Assembly (NCBI GenBank): GCA_040377305.1
Contig: JBEIPA010000018.1
Location: 42,618-106,617, forward strand
Direction: 5' to 3'
DNA: 64,000 bases
Source: Flavobacteriales bacterium
Lineage (GTDB): Bacteria > Bacteroidota > Bacteroidia > Palsa-965
The notes beneath the pieces are model-generated. The model did not search any database and was not told the DNA's origin. It was given only the letters and a program-made list of their open reading frames with translations. Each line of letters starts with the position of its first letter. Within the stretch, counting starts at the first letter, position 1. Shown one piece after another: positions 57,350-64,000 of the stretch. Both the position numbers and the translations under genes were made by a program.

Positions 57350-57385
57350 AAAAAGACCTTCTTAAATTGAGAAGGTCTTTTCTTT
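57350..57385. terminator. Bidirectional terminator
   Basis: AAAAGACCTTCT..AGAAGGTCTTTT. Confidence 0.85.
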
Positions 57386-57439
57386 TATCATAAAATGATC
57401 GAATCTTCAAATTTTCAAATCTTCGAATTGTAGTGTGAT

Positions 57440-58405
57440 CTAGTAGTATGATTTAGATGCGAGGTAATTTGTAACGTAATCGTGTATTCCTTCTTCAAGA
57501 CTTTTGAACGGAACTTTATACCCAGCATTCTTCAGCTTGCTCATATCCGCCTCCGTGAAATACTGATACTTGTCGCGAATATCTGCAGGCGTATCTACAA
57601 ACGAGATGTTCGCTCGCTTGTTCATCGCAGTGAATGTGTTCTTTGCCAGATCGAGGAATGTTCTCGCGGTGCCTGTGCCGAGGTTGTAAATTCCTGATCC
57701 CGGATTTTCATCGTGCAGGAACATGCATACCTCCACCACATCCTTCACGTAGACAAAGTCACGAAGCTGTTCTCCGTCTTTGTATTCCGGATTGTGTGAA
57801 CGGAACAGCTTCATTCCATCAGTAGATCCAATCTGATTGAAAGCATGCATAATCACAGATGCCATTCTGCCTTTGTGATATTCGTTCGGACCGTAAACGT
57901 TGAAGAATTTCAGTCCGTACCAATTCGGGGGCGTTGCATCCTGCTGAAGAACCCACTTGTCAAAATCGTTTTTCGAATCGCCGTAAGGATTGAGTGGCTT
58001 TAACTTCTCAACCACTTCGTGAGAATCGGAATAGCCGTGTTCTCCTAAACCATACGTGGCTGCAGAAGAAGCGTACACCAGAGGAATTGCATTCGCGGTA
58101 CAAATGTTCCAGAGGTCTTTCGAATAATTGACATTCAGCCGATCGAAAATTGATTTGTCAAATTCGGTTGTGTCTGTGCGCGCACCGATGTGAAAAACAA
58201 ATTTCACTTTATCTGCATTCGCGCGAAACCATTCTATGAAACGTTCGCGTTCAATTTTCTCTGCGAACTTTTTGCCTTCGAGATTCGGTGCTTTTGAATC
58301 GTGTGAGAAGTCATCAACTAAAATAAGATCAGTGATTCCGTCCTTATTTAGTCTGCTGACCAAACACGAGCCAATGAATCCTGCTGCTCCGGTTACAACG
58401 ATCAT
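57440..58405 (-). CDS. hldD: ADP-L-glycero-D-manno-heptose 6-epimerase
   Basis: IVVTGAAGFIGS, YASSAATYG, PLNPYG.SK, FFNVYGPNE.HKGRMAS, YQYFTEAD. Confidence 0.92.
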   Translation of the reverse strand: MIVVTGAAGFIGSCLVSRLNKDGITDLILVDDFSHDSKAPNLEGKKFAEKIERERFIEWFRANADKVKFVFHIGARTDTTEFDKSIFDRLNVNYSKDLWNICTANAIPLVYASSAATYGLGEHGYSDSHEVVEKLKPLNPYGDSKNDFDKWVLQQDATPPNWYGLKFFNVYGPNEYHKGRMASVIMHAFNQIGSTDGMKLFRSHNPEYKDGEQLRDFVYVKDVVEVCMFLHDENPGSGIYNLGTGTARTFLDLAKNTFTAMNKRANISFVDTPADIRDKYQYFTEADMSKLKNAGYKVPFKSLEEGIHDYVTNYLASKSYY

Positions 58406-59184
58406 TGCTCTTTGGTTTCTGTAGTATTACGTTTCGGCCAATTGAACAACAGCGAAGTAAGAATAGGCAAGAGAAAAATCGAGACTGTCCCCAGCGAAAC
58501 GAGGAGATCTGCACTTTCTCCGTCGAGGAATTTCGTGATTGGCGATTCCGGATAAAAATGCGTGACCAGAGAAATCATGAGTTTAACTCCGAGCAATGCG
58601 ATGACAAGAAAAGCGGATGTTTCCAGAAATCGGTATTTCTCCATGAGCTTCACGAATGCCTGTGCAACAAAACGCATAGCAAGAATTCCGATAAACACGC
58701 CCACACAAATCAGGAATATCTTATCCGTGAATGCAACCGCTGCGAAAACGTTGTCGATTGAAAATGCGAGGTCCATTACCTCCACCAAAACAACTGTTGC
58801 CCAGAACGGACCGAGTTTACCCAGTGTTAATTTGTACAGCTTGCTTTCACTTTTATTGAGCGTGTCGTCTTCTTTCTGCGGTGTCCACTTCGACTTGAAA
58901 TAATCGAATGCGAGATAGAGAAGATACAATCCGCCCAGAGGTTTCAGCCACCAGATTTTTACAAGCCATGTTGCAAGCAACAAACAAAGGCCGCGAAAAA
59001 CATACGCACCAATGATTCCATATTTCAGTGCTTTCTTCCGCTGTTCAGTGGGAAGGTCCATCACCATCGTGGCAAGAACGGCTGCGTTGTCGACTGAAAG
59101 CAAACTCTCAATCACGATCAGGTTTAGAATGATGAGCATTGCTGCACCAATATCATCGCCAACCAAAGAGTGGATAAATTCCAT
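58402..59184 (-). CDS. TerC family membrane protein
   Basis: ESLLSVDNA, GAYVFR, DLAFSIDN..AA, GILAMRF. Confidence 0.9.
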   Translation of the reverse strand: MEFIHSLVGDDIGAAMLIILNLIVIESLLSVDNAAVLATMVMDLPTEQRKKALKYGIIGAYVFRGLCLLLATWLVKIWWLKPLGGLYLLYLAFDYFKSKWTPQKEDDTLNKSESKLYKLTLGKLGPFWATVVLVEVMDLAFSIDNVFAAVAFTDKIFLICVGVFIGILAMRFVAQAFVKLMEKYRFLETSAFLVIALLGVKLMISLVTHFYPESPITKFLDGESADLLVSLGTVSIFLLPILTSLLFNWPKRNTTETKEQ

Positions 59185-59267
59185 ACGGGCGCAAAGTTAG
59201 CAAAACAGTAGGCAGTCTAAGGAATATTTCGTCTTGACAACACCCTTTTGACCATCCCCTTGCAAAC

Positions 59268-60125
59268 TCACTCCTCGGGCAAGGGCATGACGAAAATGGG
59301 ATACTTGCTATCCGGTATGATCTTTTTGATACGCCCGAGTTCGAACATTTTCTCAGCAGCGAGCGCCCCTTTCGATCCTACATCAACAGACCACTGATTG
59401 ACGTAAAGGGCGATGTGTTGCTTCATCACTGCATCATCCATCTCTTGCGCGTGTTCCCGCACGTATGGCATAGATGCTTCCGGATTTTCGAAGGCGTAGC
59501 GCACGCTTTTACTGATGAGATCATTTATGATTACCTGATCAATGTGACGAAAAGTGCGCTTAATGGCAATTCCTCCAAGTGGAATCAGTCGTGCTGTGCG
59601 TTTCTCCCACCATTCGCCCAGATCAACAATTTTTCGCAAGCCTCTTTGCTCGTATGTAAAGCGATTCTCATGAATAATTACACCGGCATGCACACCTTCG
59701 CTGAGGACGGCTTCTTCAATCATGGAAAACGTCATTTCCAGTTTCTTCTTTGCCTCCGGAAATGCGAGACCGAAAAGAAAATTAGCCGTGGTGAACTTTC
59801 CCGGAATTGCAATGGTCAGATCGCCTTTCGCTATTTCTGCCTGAGAAATTTCACGCTTCGAAATGAGTAAGGGACCACAATTATGCCCGAGTGCACTACC
59901 TGAACGCAACATGGCATAATTCTCTATACAATACGCAAAGGCGTGATAACTCAATTTCGTTACGTCATAACGCTGTTCAAACGCGGCCAGGTTCAGTGTT
60001 TCAACATCAGCAAGAACGGGCACAAAATCGTATCCCATGGTATCGATGCGTTTATGAATGAGCGCATCAAAAATGAAACAGTCGTTCGGACAAGGTGAAA
60101 ATGCAATCTCAATAGTCTTCTTCAT
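59268..60125 (-). CDS. mqnD: 1,4-dihydroxy-6-naphthoate synthase (futalosine pathway)
   Basis: SPCPND.FIF, DVETLN, IIHENRFTY, DLGEWW, IPLGG, HIALYVN. Confidence 0.93.
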   Translation of the reverse strand: MKKTIEIAFSPCPNDCFIFDALIHKRIDTMGYDFVPVLADVETLNLAAFEQRYDVTKLSYHAFAYCIENYAMLRSGSALGHNCGPLLISKREISQAEIAKGDLTIAIPGKFTTANFLFGLAFPEAKKKLEMTFSMIEEAVLSEGVHAGVIIHENRFTYEQRGLRKIVDLGEWWEKRTARLIPLGGIAIKRTFRHIDQVIINDLISKSVRYAFENPEASMPYVREHAQEMDDAVMKQHIALYVNQWSVDVGSKGALAAEKMFELGRIKKIIPDSKYPIFVMPLPEE

Positions 60126-60802
60126 CCCCGATCAAGATAATTCAGTAAAACTGTATTGAGATTTTTGACTGCATCGGCAATTTTCCACGCAGAACGATTT
60201 CGTTTCTCCACATAATTCGATACTGCACGAATCTGAATCGCGAATACGTCAGCAATGGAGCATGCATACAGAAATGCCGCGCCTTCCATTGATTCCACCT
60301 GGGGATTCAATCGCGCTACAACATCCTGAATGGATTTTTCGTTGCCATGCACTTTATTAACCGTAATTCCATTCACCGATTTAAGTTGCATCAACGAATT
60401 AGATCCCGCCGGATCATTGCCAGTGAGCAAACCGTTGCTGAACGGAAAATCCTCTTTCCCCAACAAATCCAGTTCGTGGATGCTCATGAATTCAGAATCA
60501 TTTTCCGCACCTAGTTCAGAAATGCAATCGGTGTGCACCCGAACCACGTCGCCAAGAGGTATTGACCGGTCAAAGCTTCCACAAATTCCGGCGTTAATTG
60601 CAGAGTAATACTTCTTTTGAGAAAGCGTACGGGAAACCCAGGCTGCGGTGGCAATCATTCCCACGCCAGTGATCAGCACATCAATATCGCATTCCTTATA
60701 CTGATAAGACCTCAGTTGCGGACTGACATCGCCACAGAACTTCATAGCACTCATAAGAGGAGCGATTTCTTGTTCTGTAGCTGCAACTAAGAGTAGACGC
60801 AT
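60122..60802 (-). CDS. mqnB: Futalosine hydrolase
   Basis: LLVAAT..E, TGVG, NAGICGSF, TVN.VHG, ESMEGAA, IRAVSNYVE.R....W; overlaps mqnD. Confidence 0.9.
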   Translation of the reverse strand: MRLLLVAATEQEIAPLMSAMKFCGDVSPQLRSYQYKECDIDVLITGVGMIATAAWVSRTLSQKKYYSAINAGICGSFDRSIPLGDVVRVHTDCISELGAENDSEFMSIHELDLLGKEDFPFSNGLLTGNDPAGSNSLMQLKSVNGITVNKVHGNEKSIQDVVARLNPQVESMEGAAFLYACSIADVFAIQIRAVSNYVEKRNRSAWKIADAVKNLNTVLLNYLDRG

Positions 60803-60830
60803 AGGTACCTGCAAAAATACGGCTTTATGA

Positions 60831-60908
60831 CCAGTTGCAGTATCAGTCGCAGTTGCAGTCAGTTAGCAGTACTGAAAACTGACTGCAACTGCCACTGCCA
60901 CTGCCTGC
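60831..60908. repeat. Inverted pair of 6-mer (GCAGTT / ACTGCC) tracts in the mqnB-PTPS divergent spacer
   Basis: cagttgcagtatcagtcgcagttgcagtcagt ... actgactgcaactgccactgccactgcc. Confidence 0.7.
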
Positions 60909-60928
60909 TGATTTCCTATCTTTGCCCA

Positions 60929-61342
60929 ATGATTTCAATTACAAGAAGAGAGCGATTTACCGCTGCTCATAAACTCCATCAACCCGGCTGGTCTGACGAG
61001 AAAAACATGAACGTTTTTGGTGGCTGTGCGAATCCAAACTGGCATGGTCATAACTATGATTTGTTTGTGACCGTGAAAGGAAAAGTCGACCCGGAACACG
61101 GATGGATTATTGACCTGAAAGATCTGAGTCACATGATCCGTGTGAAAGTGATAGACAAAGTCGATCACCGCAATCTGAACATGGATGTTGATTTTCTAAC
61201 GGGTGTGATGACCTCAACAGAAAACGTTGCCATTGCAATCTGGAAAGAGCTCGAAGCTGAAATTGCGAAGACCGGTGCGAAATTGCATTGCGTGAAGTTG
61301 CAGGAGACAGAGAATAACTATGTGGAATACTTCGGAGAGTAA
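60929..61342 (+). CDS. 6-pyruvoyl-tetrahydropterin synthase family (QueD/PTPS), Cx5HGH motif
   Basis: [28 protein letters not shown]; ATG 60929 just after TATCTTTG box. Confidence 0.9.
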   Translation: MISITRRERFTAAHKLHQPGWSDEKNMNVFGGCANPNWHGHNYDLFVTVKGKVDPEHGWIIDLKDLSHMIRVKVIDKVDHRNLNMDVDFLTGVMTSTENVAIAIWKELEAEIAKTGAKLHCVKLQETENNYVEYFGE

Positions 61343-61389
61343 AATCGCTGTGTCAGGATTGGGATCCTGACAACACTACACAAGAAACC

Positions 61390-62001
61390 ATGAGCGAGAA
61401 AAAATTTAGCTACATGAAAGTCGATCACTATCATCAGGAAACGACTGATAGTATCGCCGACAAATACAGAACCATCCTCACCGAAATCGGAGAAGATCCG
61501 GAACGGGAAGGACTATTAAAAACACCGGAACGTGTTGCAAAAGCCATGCAATATTTAACGCATGGATACGACCTTAATCCTGCAGACATACTTAAGTCGG
61601 CCATGTTTAAGGAGCAGTACAACCAGATGGTGTTGGTGAAAGACATTGAAGTGTATTCGTTGTGTGAACATCACTTGCTGCCGTTTTTCGGAAAAGCGCA
61701 CGTAGCTTATATTCCGAACGGATGTGTTGTTGGCTTGAGCAAAATTCCCCGTGTGGTTGATGCGTTTGCACGACGTTTACAGGTTCAGGAACGTTTGACC
61801 AATCAAATTCGCGATTGTATTCAGGAAACAATGAATCCGGTTGGCGTTGCTGTGGTAATTGAAGCGCAACATTTATGCATGCAGATGCGCGGTATTCAGA
61901 AACAAAATTCAGTGACCACAACATCTGCATTTACCGGCGAATTTTTGAAAGAACCTACACGTTCTGAATTTATGCGCCTGATCGGAACGCGACTTCATTA
62001 A
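61390..62001 (+). CDS. folE: GTP cyclohydrolase I
   Basis: [41 protein letters not shown]. Confidence 0.98.
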   Translation: MSEKKFSYMKVDHYHQETTDSIADKYRTILTEIGEDPEREGLLKTPERVAKAMQYLTHGYDLNPADILKSAMFKEQYNQMVLVKDIEVYSLCEHHLLPFFGKAHVAYIPNGCVVGLSKIPRVVDAFARRLQVQERLTNQIRDCIQETMNPVGVAVVIEAQHLCMQMRGIQKQNSVTTTSAFTGEFLKEPTRSEFMRLIGTRLH

Positions 62002-62070
62002 TTGAATGCAGTTTTTTACTACTTTAGAAAAACCCTCCGAAGCAATCCTTTGGACAAACCGCTAAAAAAA

Positions 62071-62808
62071 ATGAGCAATCAGAATTATCACAACTGGAAT
62101 AACATTCAGCCCGGACAGGACACAACTGTTGATGCAGGCGCTGTTGCTTCCAAAACTTTCATGGCACAGGTATTCGGCTGGATGTCGGGTGCACTAGTAA
62201 TAACCGGGATTATGTCATACATCTTCGGGATGGTTCCTTCACTTACAGCACTGTTATTTAACGAATACGGAATGACTGTTTTGGGATGGATTGTAATGTT
62301 TGCACCCCTCGGATTTGTGTTGTTGCTTGTTGCCGGAGTAAATAAAATGCCTTTCCCACTCTTAGTGATTTCCTGGATGGTCTATAGCGCTGTAACAGGA
62401 ATGAGCTTAAGTTTCATTTTCCTTATTTACGACCTGGGGTCAATCGGCACTGTGTTCTTCATCGCAGCAGGAATGTTCGGAACAATGGCTGTGATGGGCT
62501 GGATCACGAAAGCTGACCTTTCCGGTTTCGGTCGCATTATGATGATGGGCTTAATCGGAATCGTCATTGCATCGGTTGTAAACTTCTTTATGCAAAGTGA
62601 AGGTCTGTACTACATCATCTCCTTCGTTGGAGTACTTGTATTCACAGGACTTACCGCTTACGACGTACAGAAACTAAAAAATATCGGTGCTGGCATGACA
62701 GACTCCAATACAGCTGCACGTCAATCAATTCTTGGTGCACTCACCTTGTATCTGGATTTTATTAACCTGTTCTTGTTCCTGCTCCGTTTGCTCGGAAACC
62801 GTAAGTAA
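62071..62808 (+). CDS. Bax inhibitor-1/YccA family membrane protein
   Basis: 7 TM; AYDVQKLK, GALTLYLDFINLF; ATG 62071. Confidence 0.92.
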   Translation: MSNQNYHNWNNIQPGQDTTVDAGAVASKTFMAQVFGWMSGALVITGIMSYIFGMVPSLTALLFNEYGMTVLGWIVMFAPLGFVLLLVAGVNKMPFPLLVISWMVYSAVTGMSLSFIFLIYDLGSIGTVFFIAAGMFGTMAVMGWITKADLSGFGRIMMMGLIGIVIASVVNFFMQSEGLYYIISFVGVLVFTGLTAYDVQKLKNIGAGMTDSNTAARQSILGALTLYLDFINLFLFLLRLLGNRK

Positions 62809-62825
62809 TAAGTAATTTTTTTTGA

Positions 62826-62862
62826 GAAACGGAGAGTCGGCGAAAGCTTACTCTCCGTTTTC
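62826..62862 (+). terminator. Terminator
   Basis: GAAACGGAGAGT..ACTCTCCGTTTTC. Confidence 0.7.
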
Positions 62863-62934
62863 ATTTATAATATTCCTATCAATAGCTATCTTCGCCACTC
62901 AACGGAACGGTTCAAGCGAATCAAACAAAAGCAA

Positions 62935-63810
62935 ATGAAAGCATACATCTTCCCGGGTCAAGGTTCCCAGTTCATCGGAATGGCAAAAGATCTTTACGAG
63001 AATAATCCACTCGCGAAAGACATGCTCGAAAAAGCAAACAGCATTCTCGGCTTCCGAATTACAGATACCATGTTCTCCGGTACCGACGAAGAACTCAAGC
63101 AAACAAACGTTACTCAGCCTGCGATCTTTTTGCATTCGGTGGTGTTGAGCGCAACACTTTCTGACTTCAAACCAGATATGGTTGCCGGACATTCACTCGG
63201 AGAATTTTCTGCACTTGTTGCAAATCAGACTTTGACCTTCGAAGATGCGCTTGTACTTGTTTCAAAACGTGCGCAAGCCATGCAGAAAGCGTGTGAGGCA
63301 ACTCCATCTACTATGGCCGCAGTTCTTGGAATGGACGACACAAAAGTGGAAGAGATTTGTGCTTCTATCACCGATGAAATTGTGGTTGCAGCGAACTACA
63401 ACTGCCCCGGACAACTTGTTATTTCAGGTTCAATTCCCGGCATCACAAAAGCATGTGAATTGCTAAAAGCTGCCGGAGCGAAACGTGCGCTTGTACTTCC
63501 TGTTGGCGGAGCATTTCACTCACCATTGATGGAACCTGCACGTGTTGAGTTGGAAGCGGCGATCCTTGCAACAAACTTCAAACAACCGATTTGTCCGGTT
63601 TACCAGAACTATACGGCAAGTCCGGTTTCCAATCCGGATGAAATCCGAAAAAATCTCGTGGCGCAACTTACGGCTCCCGTAAAATGGACCCAAACCGTTC
63701 TTCGTATGACCGCAGACGGTGCAACGCACTACACAGAAGTCGGCCCTGGGAAGGTTTTACAGGGATTGGTCAAGAAGATTAGTCCTACTGTTGAAGCGGC
63801 ATCGGCATAA
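62935..63810 (+). CDS. fabD: Malonyl-CoA:ACP transacylase
   Basis: FPGQGSQ, TQPA, GHSLGE, AFHS. Confidence 0.97.
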   Translation: MKAYIFPGQGSQFIGMAKDLYENNPLAKDMLEKANSILGFRITDTMFSGTDEELKQTNVTQPAIFLHSVVLSATLSDFKPDMVAGHSLGEFSALVANQTLTFEDALVLVSKRAQAMQKACEATPSTMAAVLGMDDTKVEEICASITDEIVVAANYNCPGQLVISGSIPGITKACELLKAAGAKRALVLPVGGAFHSPLMEPARVELEAAILATNFKQPICPVYQNYTASPVSNPDEIRKNLVAQLTAPVKWTQTVLRMTADGATHYTEVGPGKVLQGLVKKISPTVEAASA

Positions 63811-64000
63811 TCATCCCTCGGTACAGCGATATTAATACTAACCTGCTCCGCAGATATTCGCGCTTACTCCTTTAGACTTGTGGTTAATTCAGAACTTGCC
63901 AACAAAAAGCTAAACAGGTAAAGCTACCTAACAGTTTACTCTAGGATTCGAGCCTAGAGACCGATTCAGTGCTTTACCTGTTTTCTTCAAGTGATGCTCA
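63811..64000. repeat. Palindromic element family B copy 2 (probably runs off window end)
   Basis: CATCCCTCGGTACAGC and GCGCTTACTC shared with 40193 element; inner AAACAGGTAAAGC/GCTTTACCTGTTT stem. Confidence 0.6.

Noticed and set aside
60827-60928. Cys-rich N-terminal extension of the PTPS ORF
   Set aside because: Translation of the ACTGCC repeat tract upstream of the promoter; true start is 60929
61351-61371. TGTCAGGAT/ATCCTGACA hairpin between PTPS and folE as a terminator or riboswitch
   Set aside because: No U-tract and no aptamer consensus; probably a small REP-like palindrome
63939-63959. T-arm-like hairpin CTCTAGGATTCGAGCCTAGAG as a tRNA
   Set aside because: No acceptor, D or anticodon arms; it is the apex of the family B palindrome

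Overview
A gene-dense chromosomal segment from a Bacteroidota bacterium. The assignment rests on recurrent TAnnTTTG -7 promoter boxes, T9SS/gliding-type genes (PorP/SprF, type A and type B CTD cargo, GldM-like, GldI-like FKBP) and the absence of clear Shine-Dalgarno sites. Most of the window is housekeeping: recF, ribH, ndk, folD, ffh, argS, speA, arginase, ftsK-lolA, yidC, hldD, mqnB/mqnD, folE, fabD and three tRNAs. The first ~4.6 kb, downstream of tRNA-Ser, looks accessory. It holds a duplicated tRNA 3' end, a truncated GIY-YIG gene and an Asp-to-Glu pseudo-receiver. It also holds the most notable find: an unannotated 21-codon peptide gene (MEIITLINDIVRIITTDNLGF, 1777..1842, minus strand) with its own strand-specific terminator, divergent from a 514-aa helical/TPR-like protein, a layout resembling peptide-receptor signalling cassettes. 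Intergenic DNA is unusually rich in 110-200 nt rod-like palindromes, two families of which have two copies here (one with a compensatory base change), and in short-period tandem repeats. An ORF6N gene carries three in-frame DNA palindromes. No CRISPR array, rRNA, intact transposase or integrase was seen. All product calls come from motif recognition by eye, not database searches.
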